DNA from: Spirochaetales bacterium
GTDB lineage: Bacteria; Spirochaetota; Spirochaetia; JAFGXN01
Assembly (NCBI GenBank): GCA_016936615.1
Contig: JAFGXN010000050.1
Coordinates: 1 to 61,199 of the forward strand
Direction of reading: 5' to 3'
DNA: 61,199 nt
Shown: positions 35,043 to 44,841 of the stretch, in pieces
Numbering within the stretch: the first letter of the stretch is position 1
Layout: each line of letters opens with the position of its first letter
Position numbers and translations under genes: made by a program
Notes under the pieces: generated by a model
The model's input: only the letters and a program-made list of their open reading frames with translations
Databases searched by the model: none
What the model was told of the DNA's origin: nothing

Positions 35043-36842
35043 ATGAAAAAAGACGTAAAATTTATGGTTACTGCATTCCGAGACGGTTTTCAGTCTGCAT
35101 ACGGAGCCAGAGTTCTTACAGATGACTTTCTGCCAGCAGTAGAAGCTGCAGCAGCCGCAGGTATCACACATTTCGAAGCAGGTGGTGGAGCAAGATTCCA
35201 AGCGCCTATTTTTTATTGTAACGAAAGTCCATTTGACATGATGGATAGATTTAGACAAGCAGCAGGTCCGAACGCAGATCTTCAGACCTTAGCTAGAGGT
35301 GTAAATGTTGTAGGACTAAGCTCACAGTCAAGTGACATTATCAATCTACACGCTCAACTTTTTAAAAAACACGGAATTACAACTATCCGAAACTTCGATG
35401 CTCTTAACGATGTAGAGAACCTAATTTACTCAGGAAAATGTATCGTAGATGCTGGGCTTAGACACGAAGTTGTAGTTACAATGATGGGACTTCCTCCTGG
35501 AGGAGAAGGTGCTCATGACAAAGATTTCTATGTCAACACACTAAAGAAGATCCTTGATGCTGGAATCCAGTTTGATTCAGTATGTTTCAAAGATGCATCA
35601 GGAACAACCACTCCAAAAGTAGTATACGAGACAGTAGAAGCAGCACGAAAGCTTCTTGGAAAAGATATGAATATGGTATTCCATAGCCATGACACTGCTG
35701 GTATCTGTATCAACCAGTACAAAGCTGCACTAGATGCTGGAGCAAGTCAAATAGACCTATCTCTACAGCCTGTTTCTGGCGGAACTTGTCAGCCTGACCT
35801 ATTAGTTATGTGGCAAGCACTAAGAGGAACTGAATATGATCTAGGAATAGATCCAATTAAGATTCTTGAAGTTGAAGAAGTCTTCAAAGAGTGTATGAAA
35901 GACTACTTTTTCCCACCAGAAGCATCTGAAGTTAATCCAATGATAGCTTTCAGCCCTCTTCCAGGTGGAGCTCTTACTGCTAATACTCAAATGCTAAGAG
36001 ACAATGGAATCATGCACAAATTCCCAGAGATCACTAAAGCAATGAACGAAGTTGTTATGAAGGGTGGTTTCGGAACTTCTGTAACTCCAGTTAGCCAGTT
36101 CTACTTCCAGCAGGCCTTTAACAACGTAATGTTTGGACCTTGGGAAAAGATTGCTGATGGTTACGGAAAGATGGTTCTTGGTTATTTTGGAAAGACTCCA
36201 GTTGCACCAGATCCTGAAATTGTTAAGATCGCAGCTGAGAAGATGCAACTAGAACCAACTACAAAGAAGGTTCTTGAGATCAACGATGCAAATCCAAAAC
36301 TTGGAATTGAAGCTGCTAAGGCTAAATTGAAAGAAGAAAACCTTGACATAACTGATGAGAATATCTTTATCGCAGCAGCATGTGAAGAGAAAGGAATTCA
36401 CTTCTTAAAAGGTGATGCTAAAGTCAATGTAAGAAAGAATGAGAAAAAGGCTGAAGCAGGCTCTACTCCAGCAGCTGATGGCTACACTGTAACAGTTAAC
36501 GGCAAGAAGTTTGGCGTTAAACTTGACGGTGACAAGGCAGTAGTGAACGGTAAGAGTTACGATATCAGCGTAGTAGAAGGTCTTGATGCATCAGCAAATA
36601 CAGCAGCTCCAGCAGCAAGTGGTGGCGCACATGAGACAATTGTTGCACCAATGCCAGGTCTTATCTTAAAGATAAACATTGCTGAAGGCGATGAAGTAAA
36701 AGTTGGTGACGAACTACTAGTTCTTGAAGCAATGAAGATGCCAAACCCAATCACTGCACATGTAGATGGAGTTGTAAAAGCTATCAAAGTTAAGCCACAA
36801 GATCAAGTAACACAAGGCACAGTACTTGTAGAAATAGGTTAA
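35043..36842 (+). CDS. oadA: oxaloacetate decarboxylase alpha subunit / carboxyltransferase with C-terminal biotinyl domain
   Basis: 599 aa. Carboxyltransferase motifs FRDGFQS, FKDASG and HSHDTAG. C-terminal biotinyl-lysine motif LEAMKM. Confidence 0.8.
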   Translation: MKKDVKFMVTAFRDGFQSAYGARVLTDDFLPAVEAAAAAGITHFEAGGGARFQAPIFYCNESPFDMMDRFRQAAGPNADLQTLARGVNVVGLSSQSSDIINLHAQLFKKHGITTIRNFDALNDVENLIYSGKCIVDAGLRHEVVVTMMGLPPGGEGAHDKDFYVNTLKKILDAGIQFDSVCFKDASGTTTPKVVYETVEAARKLLGKDMNMVFHSHDTAGICINQYKAALDAGASQIDLSLQPVSGGTCQPDLLVMWQALRGTEYDLGIDPIKILEVEEVFKECMKDYFFPPEASEVNPMIAFSPLPGGALTANTQMLRDNGIMHKFPEITKAMNEVVMKGGFGTSVTPVSQFYFQQAFNNVMFGPWEKIADGYGKMVLGYFGKTPVAPDPEIVKIAAEKMQLEPTTKKVLEINDANPKLGIEAAKAKLKEENLDITDENIFIAAACEEKGIHFLKGDAKVNVRKNEKKAEAGSTPAADGYTVTVNGKKFGVKLDGDKAVVNGKSYDISVVEGLDASANTAAPAASGGAHETIVAPMPGLILKINIAEGDEVKVGDELLVLEAMKMPNPITAHVDGVVKAIKVKPQDQVTQGTVLVEIG

Positions 36843-36855
36843 GGAGTGTTTCGGC

Positions 36856-38721
36856 ATGAAATTGTCCGTAAAAAATAAAAAATTCAGAGTAGGAGCAATC
36901 CTCCTGCTACTAGCAATATCTGTTTCATCTTGTACAAATGAATCAGACTCTCTTACTGTGCTTTCAGACAGCGAAGCACAGTACCAAGAGTTTGCATTCT
37001 CTGCAGATGGATATGAAAAACAATGGTTCTCAGTTAGACTAAGCCAAGGCAAAAGAGTATTAATCGACTGGACTAACATCAACCTTAAAGCTATCAGAGA
37101 AGAATCAACTTCTGACTTAGCTGAAATTGATCCAGAAAGCCCAGAAGCCAAACTTGCAGGTTATATTGAGAATAACAAAGAGATAGCTCAGATTGACCAC
37201 ACAAAGAAGAAAGACTATACAATCTTTGAGACAAATTCTGAGTATGAAGCAGCTAAACTTGCTGGGTTCACTGGCTTTGCCTATATCAAAGAGTTTGCAG
37301 GAGATAGAGAGCTTAAAGAGTTCAGAATTGTATATAATAGATTTGAATATCTTAATAGCGATGAGATCCTTGCACTAATTAAGAAAGAGGCTAAGCTTAA
37401 AGAGAATAATAAGTTAGGAGAGTATTCACTTGCATATATAAATGTTGAAACAATCTCTCTATCTTTTATTCAGCTATGGAACTCAACTGGAATTAACGGC
37501 TTTATGCAAAGCGCTCAAGCTAAGAATCTTTCTGCAAAGAAAGAGACTGCTGCCTACAACGCCTACAAGAAAAGCCACTCCGAGTCAATTGCAGAAACTG
37601 CGACATTCGGAGGTTTCGGAAACCTATTTATGATAGGTATTGGATTTCTATTACTATTCTTAGCAATTAACAAAGGTTTTGAACCACTACTTCTAGTTCC
37701 AATTGGAATCGGAGCAATCCTTGCAAATGTACCATTTGTGGGAATTGCAGGACCAGATGGCTTTATAGGAATGCTCTACAACATGGGAGTAAAGACTGGT
37801 CTTTTTCCACTTCTAATATTTATGGGAGTTGGAGCAATGACAGATTTTGGACCACTGATTGCAAATCCAAAGACATTCATCCTCGGAGCAGCTGCACAAA
37901 TTGGTATCTTCGGAGCACTAATTATAGCAGTAATCCTTGGAGATCTATTCACTGTAGGTGGTGCACCACTATTTGATCTATATGATGCAGCATCAATTGG
38001 AATCATCGGAGGTGCAGACGGTCCTACAGCAATATTTGTAACCAGTAAATTATCGCCAGATCTGTTAGGAGCAATTGCAGTAGCAGCATACTCTTACATG
38101 GCGTTAGTTCCAATCATCCAACCTCCAATCATGAAGGCTCTTACTACAAAGAAAGAGAGAGGAATAAAGATGGAGCAGCTTCGAACAGTATCAAAGAGAG
38201 AGAAGATCCTTTTCCCTCTTGTTGTAATGTTTGTTACCGCACTTCTTCTACCTTCAGCAATTCCATTGCTTGGAGCACTGATGTTTGGAAACTTAGCAAA
38301 AGAGTGTGGTGTAACTGACAGACTTTCTGACACAATGCAGAATGCTCTTATCAATATTGTTACAATCTTCTTAGGCCTTTCAGTAGGATCTAAGATGCAG
38401 GCAGAGATGTTCCTCAAGGTTCAGACACTAGCAATCCTTGCTCTTGGTCTTATAGCCTTCTCAATGGGAACAGGAACAGGAGTAATCTTTGCTAAGTTTA
38501 TGAACTTAGTATCAAAGAAACACCCAATCAACCCGCTAATCGGTGCAGCAGGAGTATCTGCAGTACCAATGGCAGCACGTGTCGTTAGTAAGGTCGGTCA
38601 AGAGGAGAACCCTCATAACTTCCTACTAATGCATGCGATGGGGCCAAATGTTGCAGGAGTTATCGGATCAGCAGTTGCTGCAGGTATCCTTCTTAACCTT
38701 GTACCATTCCTTGCAGGTTAA
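36856..38721 (+). CDS. oadB: Na+-translocating decarboxylase beta subunit with a lipoprotein-like N-terminal extension
   Basis: 621 aa. The last roughly 370 aa carry OadB motifs ([33 protein letters not shown]). The first roughly 200-250 aa are an extra hydrophilic domain after [26 protein letters not shown]. Confidence 0.8.
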   Translation: MKLSVKNKKFRVGAILLLLAISVSSCTNESDSLTVLSDSEAQYQEFAFSADGYEKQWFSVRLSQGKRVLIDWTNINLKAIREESTSDLAEIDPESPEAKLAGYIENNKEIAQIDHTKKKDYTIFETNSEYEAAKLAGFTGFAYIKEFAGDRELKEFRIVYNRFEYLNSDEILALIKKEAKLKENNKLGEYSLAYINVETISLSFIQLWNSTGINGFMQSAQAKNLSAKKETAAYNAYKKSHSESIAETATFGGFGNLFMIGIGFLLLFLAINKGFEPLLLVPIGIGAILANVPFVGIAGPDGFIGMLYNMGVKTGLFPLLIFMGVGAMTDFGPLIANPKTFILGAAAQIGIFGALIIAVILGDLFTVGGAPLFDLYDAASIGIIGGADGPTAIFVTSKLSPDLLGAIAVAAYSYMALVPIIQPPIMKALTTKKERGIKMEQLRTVSKREKILFPLVVMFVTALLLPSAIPLLGALMFGNLAKECGVTDRLSDTMQNALINIVTIFLGLSVGSKMQAEMFLKVQTLAILALGLIAFSMGTGTGVIFAKFMNLVSKKHPINPLIGAAGVSAVPMAARVVSKVGQEENPHNFLLMHAMGPNVAGVIGSAVAAGILLNLVPFLAG

Positions 38722-38742
38722 TCTAGCCTTTATATAGAAAAA

Positions 38743-38767
38743 ACCCGGAGCAATCCGGGTTTTTTTT
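38743..38767 (+). terminator. rho-independent terminator after oadB
   Basis: Stem acccgga / tccgggt, loop gcaa, then T8. Confidence 0.8.
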
Positions 38768-38817
38768 GATTTTCTCCATAAATAGCATATATTTAGTATA
38801 TAATCTATGGGGGATAA

Positions 38818-41601
38818 ATGAAGATATTCAGATATTTTCTTTTTTCAATATTTATATCAACTAACATCTTTGCCAACCTAGAACTAACAGAAAAAGAGAA
38901 AGCATGGCTACAAGATCACCCTGTGATAAGAGTCTCTAATGAGACAAATTGGCCTCCATACGATTTTAAAGAGACAAAACCAGAAGGGTACGCAATTGAT
39001 TTACTCAGAATCATCGAGTCTAGACTCGGCGTCGAATTCAAATTCATCAGCTCCTCATCATGGGGAAGACTAGTTGAAATGGCAGAAAAACGACAAATAG
39101 ACGTGATACACCCCCTCGCTTTCACAGAAGATCGCGCAGAATACCTTAATTTCACAACACCAATACTCGAACTTATTCCAGTATTAGCTGTTAGAAAAGA
39201 TTTCAAGCCTTTACACAAAATAGAGGATCTAGCTGGATACAAGCTAGGAATAATACCAAGCTTCTCATATCACAGAGAGCTAATGGAAGATTATCCCGAA
39301 ATTAATTTTGTCCAAGTAGTCTCACCAGCTCACGCACTAACCCATCTCTCCGCAGGACGTATAGATGCCTACGCTGATAGCCTTGGTAGTGTAAACTATT
39401 TCATAGAGAAGTTTTTTCTGACAAACATAGAGATAAAGAGCGAGTTGGAATTTGACAAATTCGGGGTTCTCGACATGAGAGTCGGAATAAGAAATGACTG
39501 GCCAGAATTCTATGAAATTTTCCAAAAGGCACTAGATTCAATAACCGAAGATGAAAAAGTAGAACTAAGAAGAAAATGGATTTTTTCATATAAAGATATA
39601 AAATACTATAATCCAAATCAGACAGAAAAGGCAAAACTCTCAAACCACAGAATAATTAGACTAAAACAACTTGGGAACATACCTCCTATCGCACAGGTAA
39701 ATAGGTTAGGAAATAGAGAGGGAATATTATATGAGTATTTCAAAATCCTTGAAGGATCTCTCAATCTTATGACAACAATTATTGAAAAAAAAGAGTACAC
39801 AAACGACGATGTAGACTTAATTTTTCCTGTCGCAAAGACAGACAGTATAATCCCTGGCTTCGGGCAGCGAATCAAACTTACAGAAACCCCAATCAGTATT
39901 TGCTTCAACAAGAAATACAACATATTCAGTAATTTCACAGATCTCTCAAACGAGAAGATCGGAATGCTTCGAGAATTCAAAGATATTCCCGAACTAGCAA
40001 CAATCATACATAAGAACGAAATTACCTACTACGACAACATACAGGAAGGTCTAGTTGCAGTATTCAAATCAAATATAAATATATTTTATGGGCCTTCATA
40101 CGAGGTTACCTACCACTTAAATAAAAATAAATCTCTGCAGCTCAAGACAATAATAGATCCTGAAATTAAATTCGGCTATTATGTAGCAGTCTCCGACAAC
40201 ATAGATTGGATAATTCCCATAATCGAGAAGACGTTGTTATCTGTAGATGATTATTCTCACCAACAGATAACAAAGAAGTGGACAAGTTTCACATACGAGC
40301 AGGGAATAAATTGGAACATAATTGTAACCTTCATCCTCTCGGTTATATTTGCTTCAGGAATAATCATACTTTTTTTCACATTTAAATGGAAAAAACTCCT
40401 AGACATATCAAAAACGCAAGAAAAAATACACTCAAGACTCTCTGAGAATGAAGTTGAATACAAAAATAGAATAAAAGACACACAACTCTTTGTAGCAAAA
40501 ATCATGCACGAACTCAAAAACCAACTTAACCCACTAGCAGGATTTGTCGAGCTATTAGACTTAACGCCACTTAACGAGAAGCAGAAAAACTACCTGAAGC
40601 AGATTGACCTAAGCAGAAGCAGCCTGCTAGACCTTCTTCAGAAAATCGACTACTACATCAAGATTAGCTCAAAAGAAAATATCCTAGAAAAAGATCTAAT
40701 TGAGACAAAGAATTTCATCTCAATAATTGAGAATAACTTTACAAGCAAGGCTCACACAAAGAACATAGAATTGATAATAAAGGTCTCAGAAGATTTTCCA
40801 GACTTTTTTCACATTAACTATGAGGCGTTAATGCTAGTAATCAACGAATTGCTAAAAAATGCAGTAGAATTCACCAGCTCAGGCTTTGTCGAGATAGATT
40901 TCAATAAATACAAAAGCCCTAAGCACCAGGCTTTTGATCTAGAACTGATAATCTCCGACTCCGGAATAGGCTTTGGAGATATAACAACAGATACAAAGGA
41001 TACGACAGAAGACTTCTTCGCACATGCAGAAAAGGTCTCTAGCGGACTAGGACTTCCTCTTGTCTACGCAGTAATAAAAAAGCTCAACGGCTCGGTAAAA
41101 TTTAAATCAACAGATGGGAAGGGTTCACAGTTCAAAATAAGATGCTACGACATCAAATATGAGATAAACAATCCGCAAGACCTGATTAAGACAAAAGAAG
41201 AACTAGAGATGGAAAAAATAATATTCGAAAACTCAAAGATCCTCATCGCAGATGACATCAAATACAATATTACTGTAATCAAACGACTTCTCAACAATTC
41301 AGGGCTTGATTTCACAGAAGTATACAATGGCCGAAAAGTCTTCGAACAACTGAAGATAAACCGACCTGATCTAATATTTCTTGACATGAGAATGCCAAAC
41401 GTAGATGGCTTCGAAATTGCAGAAAAGATAAAAGAGACGCCAGAATTCTCAGACATCCCAGTCATCGCAACCTCATCATCGCCAGAAATCCACAAGAAGG
41501 TAATATCACTAAGAGTTTGCGATGGATATCTCCAGAAGCCTTATAAAAAAGCAGACATCTACCGCGAACTCATGAGATTTTTGCCATACACAAAGACCTA
41601 A
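38818..41601 (+). CDS. hybrid sensor histidine kinase with periplasmic solute-binding-protein-like domains and a C-terminal receiver
   Basis: 927 aa. Signal/TM segment, two SBP_bac_3-like regions, and a TM (IIVTFILSVIFASGIIILFF). H-box IMHELKNQLNP, N-box NELLKNAVEFT, G-boxes DSGIGF and GLGLPL. Receiver ILIADD...IFLDMRMPNVDG. Confidence 0.8.
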   Translation: MKIFRYFLFSIFISTNIFANLELTEKEKAWLQDHPVIRVSNETNWPPYDFKETKPEGYAIDLLRIIESRLGVEFKFISSSSWGRLVEMAEKRQIDVIHPLAFTEDRAEYLNFTTPILELIPVLAVRKDFKPLHKIEDLAGYKLGIIPSFSYHRELMEDYPEINFVQVVSPAHALTHLSAGRIDAYADSLGSVNYFIEKFFLTNIEIKSELEFDKFGVLDMRVGIRNDWPEFYEIFQKALDSITEDEKVELRRKWIFSYKDIKYYNPNQTEKAKLSNHRIIRLKQLGNIPPIAQVNRLGNREGILYEYFKILEGSLNLMTTIIEKKEYTNDDVDLIFPVAKTDSIIPGFGQRIKLTETPISICFNKKYNIFSNFTDLSNEKIGMLREFKDIPELATIIHKNEITYYDNIQEGLVAVFKSNINIFYGPSYEVTYHLNKNKSLQLKTIIDPEIKFGYYVAVSDNIDWIIPIIEKTLLSVDDYSHQQITKKWTSFTYEQGINWNIIVTFILSVIFASGIIILFFTFKWKKLLDISKTQEKIHSRLSENEVEYKNRIKDTQLFVAKIMHELKNQLNPLAGFVELLDLTPLNEKQKNYLKQIDLSRSSLLDLLQKIDYYIKISSKENILEKDLIETKNFISIIENNFTSKAHTKNIELIIKVSEDFPDFFHINYEALMLVINELLKNAVEFTSSGFVEIDFNKYKSPKHQAFDLELIISDSGIGFGDITTDTKDTTEDFFAHAEKVSSGLGLPLVYAVIKKLNGSVKFKSTDGKGSQFKIRCYDIKYEINNPQDLIKTKEELEMEKIIFENSKILIADDIKYNITVIKRLLNNSGLDFTEVYNGRKVFEQLKINRPDLIFLDMRMPNVDGFEIAEKIKETPEFSDIPVIATSSSPEIHKKVISLRVCDGYLQKPYKKADIYRELMRFLPYTKT

Positions 41602-41640
41602 CAATCTATGCTGATCCCCGCTAAAGAGGCCACCAGCTGA

Positions 41641-43830
41641 TCAATCTCGCTTCTGTATCAAATAACACTGGTGGATCTTCTGGTCGCGCTGAAAATCCAT
41701 ATCTATCGTCTTCGGCGTTATATCAACAATCTGCAGATCCGCCAATGATTCATAATCCATCTTAAATTTCCTGAAATTGTTAGAAAAAATCAGCAATCCA
41801 CCATCTCTTAGCTTCGATGTAGCTGCCTTAATAATCCTCACATGGTCATTCTGCACATCGAAGACCTTATTCTCACTCTTAGTATTTGAGAAAGTTGGCG
41901 GATCTAGAAAAATCAGATCAAACCTATCCGTAGTCATCCCAAGAAAATCAAAACAATCCTCCTGAACATAACGATGGAAAGAATCATCAAACCCATTCTC
42001 TACCATATTCTCCTTAGCCCAATTCAGATAGGTCCTAGACTTATCGACAGTGACAGTAACCGCACCTTCACTTGCAGCATATAGAGAAGCACTTCCAGTA
42101 TATGCAAATAGGTTCAGGAAGAAACACTTCTCCCCCGCCTCTTTAATCTCACGAGCAAATTCCCGAATAATATTTCGCGCAGGTCTATGATCTAAAAATA
42201 TCCCGGTATCCAGAAAATCATCAAAGTTTACCTTAAATTTTAGACCACCCTCTTCTATCCAGAAAAACTCATTCTTCAAATCACGTCGAACATATTGGCT
42301 GCGACCTTTCTGTTTAGCCCTAGTCCGAAGATGAACCACAGGATTATCATCAGCAAATACAACTCCGACACTTCGGATAATCTCAGAAAGCCTCCGAGAC
42401 CTCTTCGACTCAGGAATCTCGGCAGGTGGCGCATACTCACTGACAACAAGATGCATCTGCCCATCTAAAGTCTTATAGACCTCGATAAAGGCAGAGTATT
42501 CAGGAAGATCAGCATCATAACAACGGAAGCAAGAGATCTGATTCTTTGTCCGCCACTTTTTCATCTGCTTTAAATTCTTCTTAATACGATTTATCAACAT
42601 CTCCATTCCCGGAGAGATAGCATCCTCGTCGTGAGGCTTTCTAGCCTTTTCAGAATCAATCCTGAAATTCGCGAGAAAACACTCGATTTTACCATTAAGC
42701 AAATTATTCACCTTATGTGGCTTGAGCGGAATCTTCATCGACAACTCATGATTTGAAGTGAAGAGAGAGAAGCCCCAACCATCAAAGCCAGCAACAACCT
42801 GCTGCCCAAGATTAGAGTAGAGCTGAAGAGCTGAATCGAAGTCAGAAAGTCTCTCACCATACGGCGGATTAGTCACAATCAGACCTTGCGGTAACTCTTT
42901 ACCTATTTTTTTAGAAAAAAATTCAGATGAAACTGTTGTAGCATCAGCAACAAAGAGCCTCACATAATCACTGACCCCAGCCCTCTCCAAATTTTTCCTG
43001 GCAATATCAATAGCCCTCGGATCGAGATCAGAACCAATGAAGATATTATCAGTATAACTGATTAATGCCTCGACCTCGCCTCTAATCTGCCTATAGATCT
43101 CAGCAGAATGATCCTTCCAGAACTCGAAGCCAAAATGTGAACGCAACAGACCTGGCCCATAACCAAATGCAATCAGCGCAGCTTCTACAAGCAAGGTACC
43201 ACTACCACAGAACATGTCGATAAAAGTTCCCCCATCCTTGCATAACTCCTTCCAATTAGCACGATAGAGAAGTGCTGCAGCAAGGGTCTCCTTCAAAGGC
43301 GCCTCAACTGCCTGCTGCCTATAACCTCGCTGGTGAAGACTACCACCAGAAAGATCTATGTAGAACCCAGCAGTAGTTCGAAGAAGCTCAAAGAAGAGTC
43401 TTATATCTGGAGAATCTTTATCGATATCAGGTCTAGTTCCCTCTTTTTCCCTAAAAAAATCACAAATCGCATCTTTAACCTTCATTACTGCAAAGTTAGT
43501 ATTATTAAAGCCTACCCGGCTCACATCAAAGACATTACTCCCGATTAAGATTGAATTTTTTCCAGAAAAAAACCTCCCCCAATCTATGCTGTGCGCTTGA
43601 CGATACAGATCATCTGGATCTGCGACCTCACACTCGTGAATCTTCAGTAACAAGCGATTCACCACGCGAGCAGAGAGACAGACCCGGTAGACAACACTCA
43701 GATCCCCCTCAAACTCAACTCTCCCTTTCGAAGACCTGATAAAATTCCCGCCGCAACCAGCGATCTCACTTTGAACAATATCCTCTGTATTTGCTGGACA
43801 CAACGCTAACAATCTATATAAATCTGACAT
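41641..43830 (-). CDS. rlmL: bifunctional 23S rRNA methyltransferase RlmKL (THUMP plus two SAM-MTase domains)
   Basis: About 729 aa. N-terminal THUMP-like region, FCGSGTLLVEAA, VTNPPYGERL, and a second MTase (LFAYTGSASLYAA...FLDPPTFS). Start preferred at ATG 43830 (GGGAGAG upstream). The track ORF starts at 43842. Confidence 0.85.
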   Translation of the reverse strand: MSDLYRLLALCPANTEDIVQSEIAGCGGNFIRSSKGRVEFEGDLSVVYRVCLSARVVNRLLLKIHECEVADPDDLYRQAHSIDWGRFFSGKNSILIGSNVFDVSRVGFNNTNFAVMKVKDAICDFFREKEGTRPDIDKDSPDIRLFFELLRTTAGFYIDLSGGSLHQRGYRQQAVEAPLKETLAAALLYRANWKELCKDGGTFIDMFCGSGTLLVEAALIAFGYGPGLLRSHFGFEFWKDHSAEIYRQIRGEVEALISYTDNIFIGSDLDPRAIDIARKNLERAGVSDYVRLFVADATTVSSEFFSKKIGKELPQGLIVTNPPYGERLSDFDSALQLYSNLGQQVVAGFDGWGFSLFTSNHELSMKIPLKPHKVNNLLNGKIECFLANFRIDSEKARKPHDEDAISPGMEMLINRIKKNLKQMKKWRTKNQISCFRCYDADLPEYSAFIEVYKTLDGQMHLVVSEYAPPAEIPESKRSRRLSEIIRSVGVVFADDNPVVHLRTRAKQKGRSQYVRRDLKNEFFWIEEGGLKFKVNFDDFLDTGIFLDHRPARNIIREFAREIKEAGEKCFFLNLFAYTGSASLYAASEGAVTVTVDKSRTYLNWAKENMVENGFDDSFHRYVQEDCFDFLGMTTDRFDLIFLDPPTFSNTKSENKVFDVQNDHVRIIKAATSKLRDGGLLIFSNNFRKFKMDYESLADLQIVDITPKTIDMDFQRDQKIHQCYLIQKRD

Positions 43831-43943
43831 ATTCTCTCCCATCTCATCTCCACTCCGGAGTCTCCAATAAATCTACTACACTAACCAGGAAAAATCAACT
43901 CCAGCCAGCTACCCAATCCCCCGATAATATGGTAATCTTAATC

Positions 43944-44759
43944 ATGTTATATAACCTACACACACACTCAAACCTATCAGACGGACGGAACTCGCTTGAG
44001 CAGATAGTTGAAACTGCGGCAAATGAGAATATCGAAATCTTGGGAATCTCTGACCACAGCACTGTGCCTTTCCCAACAGAGTGGAATATGAAGGATGAAA
44101 ACGTGGAAGTTTATCTGAAGGAGATTGAGAGACTTCGCGAAATCTATCCATCCGTAAAAATTCTTGCAGGAATCGAGGGAGATTTTATTCCAGGAGTACA
44201 GAATTTTTCCCAAATGAGCGATTTCGAATATATAATTGGAAGTGTCCACTATGCGTTGACAGATGGAGAGCCAGAGAGCTTCGACTCTTCGCCAGATGCA
44301 TTTGACAAAATCGTGAAGAATTTCTATAACAACGATGTCCAGAAATTCATAAAATACTACTACGATGCCCTGCTTCAGATGGTTGATTCTTGCCGATTCG
44401 ATATCGTAGGACACCTTGACCTTGTCAAGAAATTCAATACGGTGCGGCCATCCTTCGACGAGCAGGCAAAGGCTTACAAATCAAAGGTCTACGAGGTTCT
44501 CGAACTTATCAAGGAATGCAGCCTCACTGTCGAATTGAACACTGGGGGGATTACTCGCAACCTGATGAAAGATCCTTATCCTTCTTTTGATTTTATCAAG
44601 CTAGCACGACAGATGGATATCCCGATCTGCATTAATTCAGACTCTCACGCAGCAAATACCCTGCTAAAGAACAGGGAAATAGCAGTCGAGGCAGCCTTGA
44701 GTGCTGGCTACAAGTATGAATACATCCCTGTAATTGATAAATTTCAGGATCTCAAATAA
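43944..44759 (+). CDS. PHP-family phosphoesterase (histidinol-phosphatase HisJ-like)
   Basis: MLYNLHTHSNLSDG, GISDHS, HLD and SDSH metal motifs. Start taken at ATG 43944, with ATG 43929 as an alternative. The track ORF (43791) overlaps the divergent rlmKL start. Confidence 0.7.
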   Translation: MLYNLHTHSNLSDGRNSLEQIVETAANENIEILGISDHSTVPFPTEWNMKDENVEVYLKEIERLREIYPSVKILAGIEGDFIPGVQNFSQMSDFEYIIGSVHYALTDGEPESFDSSPDAFDKIVKNFYNNDVQKFIKYYYDALLQMVDSCRFDIVGHLDLVKKFNTVRPSFDEQAKAYKSKVYEVLELIKECSLTVELNTGGITRNLMKDPYPSFDFIKLARQMDIPICINSDSHAANTLLKNREIAVEAALSAGYKYEYIPVIDKFQDLK

Positions 44760-44770
44760 TTTTACATATG

Positions 44771-44803
44771 AAAAACCCAAGGCAGATAACCTTGGGCTTA
44801 TTT
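44771..44803. terminator. possible bidirectional terminator between the PHP gene and the FAD oxidase gene
   Basis: A5, stem cccaagg / ccttggg, 7-nt loop, then cttattt. Confidence 0.4.
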
Positions 44804-44841
44804 AGACCTATAATTAAGTCCTTATTGGTACGAAGTTAAGC

